A stretch of 64,000 nucleotides of DNA from a virus, in the IMG/VR virus record IMGVR_UViG_3300045988_160394, positions 96,001 through 160,000 of that record; one strand, given 5' to 3'. The notes beneath the pieces are model-generated. The model ran no database searches. It was given only the letters and a program-made list of their open reading frames with translations, and was not told the origin of the DNA. Positions 40,586 through 49,310 of this stretch are shown one piece after another. How positions within the stretch are numbered: the first letter of the stretch is position 1; every line of letters begins with the position of its first letter. The position numbers were made by a program, and so were the translations under genes.

Positions 40586-41479
40586 TTATATTGTAGGAAG
40601 GCTAGCTTTTCTACCAGAGTTCCTACTTCTTTTTAATTGTTCTTTACTATAATTAGATTGATTACAAAGCTTATTAATAGCTTCACGTCTTCTTTGATTA
40701 ATGGTATTTATATGAGCTCCAAAATATTCTGCTATTTGTCTATCGTTTCAGTTTTCTAAATAATACTTAACAAGTATTTTTCTTTGAAAAGTAGATAAGC
40801 TTACAAATAGTTTTCCACATGTTTGACCATTTAATCAAGACAAATCAGGCAACCCTGTTATCATTTCATAATTATTATCTAAATTCTCTACAACTGATTT
40901 TTCAGTATCTATTGCTGTTGTTCAATCTTCAAATACATGATTCTTATAATTAATACTTAATGGATCTTTGATTCATTTTTTTATATGTCTGCCAACTTCA
41001 TGTTTGAAAACATTGTGTACATATGCACAAAAGTTTTTTCCTACGTTCTTATATCTTTTAGCTAATATTAAAAGACACATGCTTAAATCAGAAATTATAT
41101 CTTCTTCAGTATTTGCTCCGTATGTTTTTGTTACAAAATTGAATTTATTATAAGCACTAGCTCTATTTTCAGCATTTATCTTTTTTCTATATAATGCTTT
41201 TTTTAGTTCATAATCGTCAACAAATAAAGCTACGAATTCTTTTGTTTCTTTATCAGTTCAGTCTATGATTAAATGCTTTATAACTTGTATATATTTTCAG
41301 AAGAGAGGAGAAAACCTTGCTAATAGAATGTTACCGCATTCATCAGCATATTTCTTTTCAACCTCTGTACAGTCATTACTAAATTGTGCTTGAAAATGTA
41401 ACACTAAAGCTTCAATCTCATCTCACTCTTCTTTAAGTTCTTCTTCACTTTTAAAACCTAAATTAGTGAGTTTATTCAT
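40586..41479 (-). CDS. sigma-70-family RNA polymerase sigma factor (297 aa); all 7 Trp codons are TGA
   Basis: Checked codon by codon: open from ATG 41479 (RBS AAGGAG) to TAA 40586, with TGA at 40748, 40835, 40922, 40973, 41258, 41297 and 41423, and no TGG. Region 2-like EEDIISDLSMCLLILAKRYKNVGKNFCAYVHNVFKHEVGRHIKK. Region 4 HTH LSTFQRKILVKYYLEN[W]NDRQIAEYFGAHINTINQRRREAINKL. Confidence 0.8.
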
Positions 41480-41498
41480 TTTCATTCTCCTTTATTTA

Positions 41499-42095
41499 TT
41501 AATCATCACTTAATATATCTAATATTTGAACAAATATATTTATTATATCTAAATACATATCCATTACATGATTTAATATATTATCATCATCCATGGCTCT
41601 ATTCTTTTTAATTTCATTTTTAAACTTATTAAAATCATATGCTACATATCCGCAGAATAATAATACTATTACATATGCTAAGAATGGCATATTAACAAAC
41701 ATGCTTATTAAAGATAATATTAATACTACTATTAAACATGCAAAAAGAGTGCTACCTAGTCCAGATAAGTCTTTTGTTAACAGCCCTATTATCATGAATA
41801 TTACTACCATAGCTATTGTAATTCCTATAGCTGATAATATAATACTTATATTTATTGTTGTACTTTTTAATATTATTTGAGCTATTAACATACCTTCGGT
41901 AAAGTTAAATATAAAAAACAGTATCTTTTTAATTACTCCTTCACTAAATAAAAAAGCTAGCATTAATATTAAAGATGCTGCTATTAATATTACTACTTTA
42001 ACTGTACTTAAGAGAGGACTTAATAAAGCCCCTACAAAAGTTACAATTAAAGACAGTATTAAATACATAAAATATTTTATATAATAATTCTTCAT
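41499..42095 (-). CDS. BAX-inhibitor-1/YccA-family (TMBIM-like) integral membrane protein
   Basis: About 6-7 hydrophobic spans. The C-terminal MYLDIINIFVQILDIL matches the family signature LYLDIINLFL. Confidence 0.65.
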   Translation of the reverse strand: MKNYYIKYFMYLILSLIVTFVGALLSPLLSTVKVVILIAASLILMLAFLFSEGVIKKILFFIFNFTEGMLIAQIILKSTTINISIILSAIGITIAMVVIFMIIGLLTKDLSGLGSTLFACLIVVLILSLISMFVNMPFLAYVIVLLFCGYVAYDFNKFKNEIKKNRAMDDDNILNHVMDMYLDIINIFVQILDILSDD

Positions 42096-42107
42096 TACAG
42101 TCTCCTT

Positions 42108-42653
42108 TTATTTTTTCTTTTTTAATTTCTTCTTCTTTTCCCATTCAGAATACTCTAACCATTTCTTTTCAGAGTTATCCCAAATAACACACATAAAATC
42201 AATATCAGGGTATCTAAACTTAAGCATCTTTTCTTTTAGTTTGAAATCAGCAGTTTTAATACCTTTTGGATCGATTGTCTTTTTAGATCCATCTGCATAT
42301 GTTACTTCAAAGTCAGATATATATTTAATAGCTTGTACTATTTCAATCTTATCTTCTGGATTAGCTTTATTCCATGCTAATCTTTTTTTATTTAATTCTT
42401 TATATTTAGGATGTTCTTCTGTAACACAAAATCCATTCATAATAAAGAATTTAGGTTGTAATACATATACTGGTTGACACTTAATATCTTTAACTCTACC
42501 AGCTTTCTTTTCAGCTTTTAAATATAAATAGTATTCTGCTTCCATTTTAGAATCGAATGTTCTACCATCTATTGTAGTTTTAATATGCTTTATTTTACCT
42601 TCTGATTTCTTTTTTGTTCTTCTTCTTCTAAATGCCATTTTTAAATCCCCCAA
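42108..42653 (-). CDS. DUF1064-like endonuclease-fold protein
   Basis: DGRTFDSKMEAEYYLYL, ISDFEVTYADGSKKTIDPKG and FKLKEKM match the DUF1064 pattern (recalled). The likely start is ATG 42638. Confidence 0.6.
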   Translation of the reverse strand: MGDLKMAFRRRRTKKKSEGKIKHIKTTIDGRTFDSKMEAEYYLYLKAEKKAGRVKDIKCQPVYVLQPKFFIMNGFCVTEEHPKYKELNKKRLAWNKANPEDKIEIVQAIKYISDFEVTYADGSKKTIDPKGIKTADFKLKEKMLKFRYPDIDFMCVIWDNSEKKWLEYSEWEKKKKLKKKK

Positions 42654-42662
42654 TTAAAATTA

Positions 42663-42773
42663 TTATTTGCTTTTCTTTTTAGTATCTTTTTGTGTATTAG
42701 TCTTAGTTGTTTTTTTTGCTGTAGGTATTGGATTAAATCCTACTTCTTCTTTTAAGTAAATTCCTTTAGCCAT
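42663..42773 (-). CDS. small Lys-rich peptide (36 aa)
   Basis: ATG follows GGAGGTG and the ORF ends TAA. No other support. Confidence 0.3.
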   Translation of the reverse strand: MAKGIYLKEEVGFNPIPTAKKTTKTNTQKDTKKKSK

Positions 42774-42790
42774 TATATTCACCTCCATTA

Positions 42791-43504
42791 TTATTCATCT
42801 TCATTGCCTGTCCATGATTTGCATAAATCTCTAACTATACATGATGTACATAGAAAAGTTTCTCTTGGATATATTATATTATTTTCTAAACATATCCCTA
42901 TATTAGTTAGTATACTCTTAAGTCTTGTAAAATCTTTCACTGATCTTAAAGTTTGCATTGTTTTCCCTTGTGCAGGTACATAATATGTTATAACTACATC
43001 TTTGTTAAACATTTCTCTAATAGCATAAGCATCAATAGTATGTTTTAACATCATATCTATTGTAACTCTATCAGGTATAGCTTTATCAAATGATACTATA
43101 AATAATTCTATATAATTTTCTCTATCTATCATAGGTGGTAATTGTCCTGTTAGTTTTATTTTAGTACCTGGTATTTCTATAGAATAAGCTAAGTTAACTT
43201 CTGTAAAGTTTAATCTATTTAATGTTACATACTCATATGTTCTATATAATAAACCCCATCCTTCAAGAATCTTTTTAGGATTAAGTATATCTGTATTTTC
43301 TTGAGCAACTTTGTCCCATTTCTTTTTTAAAGTTATACTGTCAGCTTTCATACCATTACATTTAGAAGCTAACCATTGATTAATTGTCTTAGAAGCTAAT
43401 TTTTTATAACTTCTTTCACTACCAATATCTATTCCCTTTTTTATAAGCTCATATCTTAAAGGACATTTTAAATATTCAAATAATTCTTTTTCCTTTAATT
43501 CCAT
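42791..43504 (-). CDS. Cas4/RecB-like PD-(D/E)XK nuclease with Cys cluster
   Basis: N-terminal YLKCPLRY and C-terminal CTSCIVRDLC give a Cas4-type 4-Cys arrangement. ATG 43504 follows AAGAGGTGA. Confidence 0.6.
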   Translation of the reverse strand: MELKEKELFEYLKCPLRYELIKKGIDIGSERSYKKLASKTINQWLASKCNGMKADSITLKKKWDKVAQENTDILNPKKILEGWGLLYRTYEYVTLNRLNFTEVNLAYSIEIPGTKIKLTGQLPPMIDRENYIELFIVSFDKAIPDRVTIDMMLKHTIDAYAIREMFNKDVVITYYVPAQGKTMQTLRSVKDFTRLKSILTNIGICLENNIIYPRETFLCTSCIVRDLCKSWTGNEDE

Positions 43505-43525
43505 AATTATCACCTCTTGTTTTAT

Positions 43526-43554
43526 ATTATATACGTATGGTACGTATATGTCAA
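43526..43554 (-). promoter_or_regulatory. consensus sigma-A-type promoter with palindromic operator (copy 3)
   Basis: Minus strand: TTGACA-N17-TATAAT. The spacer holds TATACGTAC-C-ATACGTATA (43530-43548; one mismatch to the palindrome). Confidence 0.7.
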
Positions 43555-43580
43555 CAAAAAAAGAAAAGGCTATTAAGCCT
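43555..43580 (-). terminator. putative intrinsic terminator
   Basis: aggct-taat-agcct followed by a T run on the minus strand. The stop codon of the upstream gene lies in the loop. Confidence 0.5.
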
Positions 43581-44166
43581 CTTCATCTTCTTTAGTTACT
43601 GAGAATATTTGAAATAATTCATCACCAATTACTCTTGTTAACCATATAGCAGTAGCAAATAAATCTTGTGGAGAATTAGGAGATGGTTTAGTTTTAGCCA
43701 TTGGAGTACAATCTCCTAATTGACCTTCTATTGTATCCCAAATCATTTCTCTAAATTGTTCTGGAATTGGTCCGAATTCATAATCATCCATATCTGCTAT
43801 CTCATCAAATTCTTGTCTAGCTTTTAATAAAGATGAGATATTTGGGTCGAAGCCTATAGAATATTCATCAAAGCTTTCTTCTTTGCCATAATAAGCATTG
43901 TGTAAAAATGCTGCTACTAATAAAGAGTCTACATATGTTTGATGATTAGTTTTAGTTAATAATTCTTTTCTTATTAATAAATCTAATACTATTTCAGCTA
44001 CTTTGTTATTATAATCGTTTGGAGTTATATTAGCCTTTTGCATACATCTTTTACAAAATAATTTATAATCATCTACTTTTATAAATTCTACAAATCTATA
44101 TAAATCTTCTCTATTAGCTAATTCAGGAAACATTTCTCTAGCTCTTAACATTTTATCTTTATTCAT
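43573..44166 (-). CDS. hypothetical protein (197 aa)
   Basis: Intact ORF ending TAA. No motif assigned with confidence. Confidence 0.5.
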   Translation of the reverse strand: MNKDKMLRAREMFPELANREDLYRFVEFIKVDDYKLFCKRCMQKANITPNDYNNKVAEIVLDLLIRKELLTKTNHQTYVDSLLVAAFLHNAYYGKEESFDEYSIGFDPNISSLLKARQEFDEIADMDDYEFGPIPEQFREMIWDTIEGQLGDCTPMAKTKPSPNSPQDLFATAIWLTRVIGDELFQIFSVTKEDEEA

Positions 44167-44401
44167 TTATACTACCTCCACTAACAACTGGTTGATTTAT
44201 AGTCATATTTTCTGGATAAGCAACTGCTTCTTTTCTTTCAGCGTTCTTACGTCTCCAATCATATACTTCATTTCTTAATTGTTCTAATTCATCATTAGCA
44301 TCTTTTAATCTACTTAATAATATAGCTTCATTTATATTTGATTGAGCTATTCTATTACCTAATTCAGTTATAATTCTTTCGTAATTCAATTCTTGTCCCA
44401 T
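44159..44401 (-). CDS. hypothetical coiled-coil protein (80 aa)
   Basis: Intact ORF with RBS GGAGGA. Confidence 0.45.
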   Translation of the reverse strand: MGQELNYERIITELGNRIAQSNINEAILLSRLKDANDELEQLRNEVYDWRRKNAERKEAVAYPENMTINQPVVSGGSINE

Positions 44402-44403
44402 AA

Positions 44404-44658
44404 TTAAATATCCTCCATTAAATTATCTAAAATTATTTTATTCTTTGTAATTATTTTATTTATCTTTCAACCTTCATGTAATTCCTTATTACATATGTTA
44501 TAATTTTTACCTCTATTATCATCTTCTAATTTACATTCATAACATTCAGGATCTCTACTGTCATATGCTCTACACCCATAACATAAAGGGCATTGTTGAT
44601 AATTAATACAATGTATCTTATTGCCCCTTACGGATGATGGTTGTTTTATATTATTCAT
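44404..44658 (-). CDS. small Cys-rich protein (84 aa) with one in-frame TGA
   Basis: ORF-track 44467..44658 ends in TGA. The frame continues for 20 codons to TAA at 44404. Confidence 0.45.
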
Positions 44659-44968
44659 TTCTAGTAGCCTTTTTTATATAGTTTATAACTTCTTCTTCAG
44701 TACCATTTTTGATTAAGTCAGAAGGTATTTCTATATAATCTTTTCCTTCTATTAATGTATCTTTATGAACTAAAACATAATCTCCTAATAGTTCTTGAAA
44801 ATGGTCTAAGCATAAGCAGTATTGTAATCCATTTATATGAATTTTAAATATCTCTTCATTTTCTAATGTCTTGTCTATTTTTTCAAAAGGTTTTATACAT
44901 TTTAGGCAGAAATCATTCTTTTCTCCCATTTGTATACCGTCTCTTACTATCTTTTCAAACATTGCCAT
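44651..44968 (-). CDS. hypothetical protein (105 aa)
   Basis: Intact ORF with RBS GGAGGA. Confidence 0.45.
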   Translation of the reverse strand: MAMFEKIVRDGIQMGEKNDFCLKCIKPFEKIDKTLENEEIFKIHINGLQYCLCLDHFQELLGDYVLVHKDTLIEGKDYIEIPSDLIKNGTEEEVINYIKKATRNE

Positions 44969-45045
44969 TTTAAAATTCCTCCATTTAATTTTAATTTATT
45001 GTTTATATATATTAATTATATGCGTAATATTATTGGTTAATCTTA

Positions 45046-46161
45046 TTAAGCTTCAAATAATAATGCATTAAATCTTCTAGTAGAATCTGCATTACATTCT
45101 CTTGCTCTAGACATTTCAGGTGCAAAGTAACAGAATGATCTTCCTTTATAGCTAGATTTTTTGTTCTTAGCCCAATCGAACTCTATTATAGGAAGTTTTT
45201 CTTCTACTCCTTCTACTCTTTGGAATATCTTAGCTGCTTGTTTGTTTTTAGATACATCGTTAAATAATAACCATATAACAGATGCTTCGTAAACAAGTAC
45301 GTTAGAGTCTTTTAAGTCATCTAGTGTAGGTCTTCTATTTCCATTAAGCTTTCTTAAATGAACTGATGAGAATATAGGGCAATCATATTCTACTGTCCAA
45401 TGCTTTACTTCTCTAGCTATATAATCAGAAGCTTCATTAGTAGTTTTTATATTATAAACATCATCTAATACTATATCTTTTATAGAGTCTATTGCTATTG
45501 CTATATTCATTTCTGGATCTATTGCTTTTACATAATTATATACTTTATCTATATAAGCTTTCATTTGATTTAACGTTCTTACTTTAGTAGAATCAACTAT
45601 CATCATTTTATTACCATCAGCTTTTAAATTGTTTATACCTACTTCTCTTTTAGCTAATTCTTCTATTAATAAAGAAGCTTCTTCATGGTTATTATCTATC
45701 ATATTTTTAGCTCTTTGTGGTTTAGCTACTGTAGATATTCTTATTCCTTCTCTCATAGCTATAACTCTTGGTATTATTTCATGTTTACTATCATCTAATG
45801 AAAAGTATAATCCAAATAATTTGTTAGGTTCATGCATTACTAAATCTTCTAATATGTTCATCATCATAGCTGATTTACCTGCATTAGATTCAGCAGGTAA
45901 TAAATATAATCCACTATCTAATCCTTCTAATTTTGAAGATATCATAGGAAATCCTGGAGTAGAATAACCGTCTCCTTTGTTCCATGATTTTTCTTCAAAC
46001 TCTGCTAAGTCTTCTTCCATTACTGAAAAGAAGTCTTCTGCTTGTACTATTCCTTCATCTTCTTTTATTAACTCTATATCTTCTTTTCCTTCATTTAAAT
46101 ACTTTTCTATTTCTTCCATTGCTTTTTTCCCGTTTGCTATATTTTCTGGTACCATTGTCAC
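45046..46161 (-). CDS. DnaB-like / RecA-fold replicative helicase
   Basis: Walker A AESNAGKS, Walker B MMIVDS and a DnaB C-terminal-domain-like layout. Lies immediately downstream of the AEP primase. Confidence 0.65.
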   Translation of the reverse strand: MTMVPENIANGKKAMEEIEKYLNEGKEDIELIKEDEGIVQAEDFFSVMEEDLAEFEEKSWNKGDGYSTPGFPMISSKLEGLDSGLYLLPAESNAGKSAMMMNILEDLVMHEPNKLFGLYFSLDDSKHEIIPRVIAMREGIRISTVAKPQRAKNMIDNNHEEASLLIEELAKREVGINNLKADGNKMMIVDSTKVRTLNQMKAYIDKVYNYVKAIDPEMNIAIAIDSIKDIVLDDVYNIKTTNEASDYIAREVKHWTVEYDCPIFSSVHLRKLNGNRRPTLDDLKDSNVLVYEASVIWLLFNDVSKNKQAAKIFQRVEGVEEKLPIIEFDWAKNKKSSYKGRSFCYFAPEMSRARECNADSTRRFNALLFEA

Positions 46162-46177
46162 TATTACTTCCCCCTAA

Positions 46178-47188
46178 TTATATCTTTCTTACTGGACATC
46201 CTTTTACACATATATCTAATCCTATAAAAGCACTACATCCATATCTTTTACCACTCATCACATTTTTGTATGCACTCTTTACTGTATTTTCTAATTCTCT
46301 ATCAGATAAAGGCTCGTCTAACTTTGTTTCATTTCATTGTTTCATTATATCAAGTATTTTTTCCTCATTACTAGAATCTCTTTGATATAATGCACTAGCT
46401 AAAGCCATAGCCGTATTATTCCTTCCACCTTTAACAGCTCCATTTTGAAGTATATATTTTACACATGGTAATAACTCTTTATTAGCTAACATATTTCTAG
46501 CTACTCTATGGTTTATACTTCTTTTTTGTCTATTCTTTATATCTTCTACAAATATATCAAAAGCTTGTCTACTTTCAGGCTTATATTCTTTATTTATTTC
46601 TAATAAAGGTCTTTCTTCAGAAGCATATTCTGTTAAGTCTAAATAATTCATTACTCTTAAATCATTTAACTTTATTCCTACTTTATGTAAGCCTGTTTTA
46701 CTATTAATAGAATTTACTTCTCTAAATAATCTTTTATGCTCATATATTTTTGTATCTACTGATTTAGTTATTGTATAGCTTTTTAACTCTATGGCTATTA
46801 ATTTATAAATAGCATCTATACCTTTATCAAAGTCTAATCCAAATATTTGATAAGGAATTATAATATGAAAACCCTTTGAGCCACTAAAATATAATTCTAT
46901 ATTATTGTCATCTAATTTAAAGGTTGTCTTTATTTTTCTCATTATTAATAGAACATCTCTTTTTAGTTTTTCAAAATCTCTTTCTAAATTATCAGCATCT
47001 AAATCTATATATAAAGGAGCTCTATAATTAGCAGTATCTTGATTAACATCATCATACTCATATATAGTACTATAAGTATCTTTAAAATTGTATTTTTTAA
47101 TAGCTTTGTCTTTATCTTTTTTATCTATTATAATATTTCTTCTAAACATACCATTTATTTGTCCGCCTATCTCTATATAAGTATTCAT
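46178..47188 (-). CDS. archaeo-eukaryotic-type primase-polymerase (AEP) with PriCT-like C-terminus, one in-frame TGA
   Basis: YIDLDADN and SGSKGFHIIIP are AEP motifs. ORF-track 46334..47188 ends in TGA, and the frame continues for 51 codons (..SAYKNVMSGKRYGCSAFIGLDICVKGCPVRKI) to TAA 46178. Confidence 0.65.
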
Positions 47189-47189
47189 T

Positions 47190-47879
47190 TTATTTCCTCC
47201 AAACTATTTTATTAGCACCTTCATATTCTGCTTGTTCTATCATCTTATCAAACTTCTGTATTACTTCTTTAGCATACTCTTCTATTTCAAATACTTCTAG
47301 TATCATTTCTCTATCTATATCATTACTAGCTGCTTCTATTAATGATATCACATAATCTATACCTGGAGCTTTAAATTTATCATATTTGTTTATTAAAAAC
47401 ATTAATGCTCCTTTTACTTTTTTGTCGTCTTGTAGATTTAAAGGTATTCTACATTTTTCATAGTAGTAATTCATTAAATCATCTATAGTAAAGTTTATAA
47501 TCATTTCTAAATAAAACTCTTCACATGTTTCTTCAAATGTTATAGGATTCCATGTAGGAGGTTTACTTTTTAAATGTAATATTTCTGAATAATAAAATTT
47601 ATTTTTTTCTAATAAAGAAACATTCCATAATTCATTTGGCAATTCATCAAATGATATGTAATTCTTTGTATTCGGTTCTACAATCACTTCATTATTAAGA
47701 ACTATTTCTTTATTTTGTTTTCTTTGTTGTTCTATAGCACAAAATATTAAAAATATACCTTGGGCATTCTTATTATTATCCTTTAAATAATTAGCCACGG
47801 CTAAAGTTTTTTCAAACTCTTCTTTTGTAGGCTCTATTCCTACAAATGTAGAATAGTATTTATAAACCAATTCTTTCAT
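47190..47879 (-). CDS. hypothetical protein (229 aa)
   Basis: Intact ORF with RBS AAGGGGAGAG. First gene after operator copy 4. Confidence 0.5.
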   Translation of the reverse strand: MKELVYKYYSTFVGIEPTKEEFEKTLAVANYLKDNNKNAQGIFLIFCAIEQQRKQNKEIVLNNEVIVEPNTKNYISFDELPNELWNVSLLEKNKFYYSEILHLKSKPPTWNPITFEETCEEFYLEMIINFTIDDLMNYYYEKCRIPLNLQDDKKVKGALMFLINKYDKFKAPGIDYVISLIEAASNDIDREMILEVFEIEEYAKEVIQKFDKMIEQAEYEGANKIVWRK

Positions 47880-47896
47880 ATAACAACTCTCCCCTT

Positions 47897-47921
47897 CTTA
47901 TACGTATGATACGTATGTCAT
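47897..47921 (-). promoter_or_regulatory. palindromic operator copy 4 with degenerate -35/-10
   Basis: CATACGTAT-C-ATACGTATA on the minus strand (47899-47917; one mismatch to the palindrome). The flanks are ATGACA and TATAAG/TAAGAA with a shortened spacer. Confidence 0.45.
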
Positions 47922-47934
47922 GAATTTATTATAT

Positions 47935-47970
47935 AATAAAAAAAGAAAAAAGGCAATATAATAATTGCCA
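47935..47970 (-). terminator. intrinsic terminator ending the virion module
   Basis: Minus strand: ggcaat-tattat-attgcc followed by ttttttcttttttt. Confidence 0.75.
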
Positions 47971-47973
47971 ATT

Positions 47974-49071
47974 TTATAAAATAATTTCTTGATTTGTTGT
48001 AAAGTTTAATCCTACTCCATTTAAACATAAATAAGTTTTTTCTTTAGTTTTTATATTCTTTTGAAGTAAAGGTATTTTTATATAAATAGTTTTAGTGTTT
48101 TTAGGTATTCTATAAATAGAAGCTTCTGTACTTAAATTTACTTTACCCATTAAAGTATTGTTTTCATAATCAGTATATACTTCTATGCCATAATCCATAG
48201 CATCGATATCTAGTTTACCTTGTGTAGTATATAATGTCATGTTATTCATTACGTACTCTATAAATTTATCAGAAACAAATTGAGTTATTACAAATGAATC
48301 TTCTACATAGTCAGCTTCATAAAAATGTATATGTTTTAATCCAAAAGGAAATATATCAACAAAGTTTTTTTCTGTTTTATAATTAACTTTAAAATTGAAA
48401 ACGACTTTAGTAAACTTAACTTTTTCTTTTAATATTATTCTGGTTCTAGCTATATTATCAAATCCATTTAATACTATTGTAGGTTCAGCTGTTATATTGT
48501 TGGTACTATCTAAAGTATAAATATCTATAGATAATAAATCATAAGCACCATATATATATGGATCTATTTCTATAGTATTAAATCTCATAACTCCTAATAA
48601 TAACTCATTTGATAAACTAAATTCTAAAGATATATTCTCTGTATTATATTCATCAAAAGTTATACCTTTAGTTATATGATTATCAGCCATTAATATATTA
48701 GTATAACTTGGCATTTCTACACCATTAACTTTAGTTATAATTCCTTCTTTAAAATAATTACCTCCTTCAGGTAACTTTAAGTTCATTAAGTCTATCGGTG
48801 TCTTTTTGAATTTTGGATGTATCATATAGCCATATTCATTGAACATACCATAAGAGTTTTTATTAAAAGATACTAAACTATCATTAGCTATTAATCCAGT
48901 ATCTATTACATCTAATTTCTTATTTATAAAAGCATTTTCATATTTTATGATATTTATCTTTTTACCCATATCATCTTTAATAGCTTCTAGTTTCTTTTCA
49001 AATAATACATTATTTACTTGAGCGTCTTTAAATATTTTGTTTAACTCTTGCGAACTCATTTTAGGTATCAT
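47974..49071 (-). CDS. virion (baseplate/tail module) protein, hypothetical (365 aa)
   Basis: Intact ORF in tight operon packing with its neighbours. Contains no Trp. Confidence 0.5.
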   Translation of the reverse strand: MIPKMSSQELNKIFKDAQVNNVLFEKKLEAIKDDMGKKINIIKYENAFINKKLDVIDTGLIANDSLVSFNKNSYGMFNEYGYMIHPKFKKTPIDLMNLKLPEGGNYFKEGIITKVNGVEMPSYTNILMADNHITKGITFDEYNTENISLEFSLSNELLLGVMRFNTIEIDPYIYGAYDLLSIDIYTLDSTNNITAEPTIVLNGFDNIARTRIILKEKVKFTKVVFNFKVNYKTEKNFVDIFPFGLKHIHFYEADYVEDSFVITQFVSDKFIEYVMNNMTLYTTQGKLDIDAMDYGIEVYTDYENNTLMGKVNLSTEASIYRIPKNTKTIYIKIPLLQKNIKTKEKTYLCLNGVGLNFTTNQEIIL

Positions 49072-49310
49072 TATTTTGCCTCCTTAAACATAATTAGTTT
49101 TTTATAACATTTCTCACTAGAACCATATGGCCCTGTAGATTTTATATATAAATCATTTACTATACTTTCTAATTCTTTTATTGTCTTATAAGATTGTATA
49201 TTATCAAAGTCATCTAAGAAATCATTAGCATCGTTAGAATATTGTAGAATATTTAATATGAATTTATCATACTCATAAGGACCTCTATATCTCATATTAT
49301 AATGTATCAT
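49071..49310 (-). CDS. hypothetical protein (79 aa)
   Basis: Intact ORF. Start and stop overlap the neighbouring genes. Confidence 0.45.
   Translation of the reverse strand: MIHYNMRYRGPYEYDKFILNILQYSNDANDFLDDFDNIQSYKTIKELESIVNDLYIKSTGPYGSSEKCYKKLIMFKEAK

Noticed and set aside
44969-45045. A possible fifth promoter/operator copy between the DnaB-like gene and ORF 44968 (attacgcaTATAAT).
   Set aside because: Only a half-site-like TACGCA is present, with no acceptable -35 at 16-18 nt. It is too weak to call.
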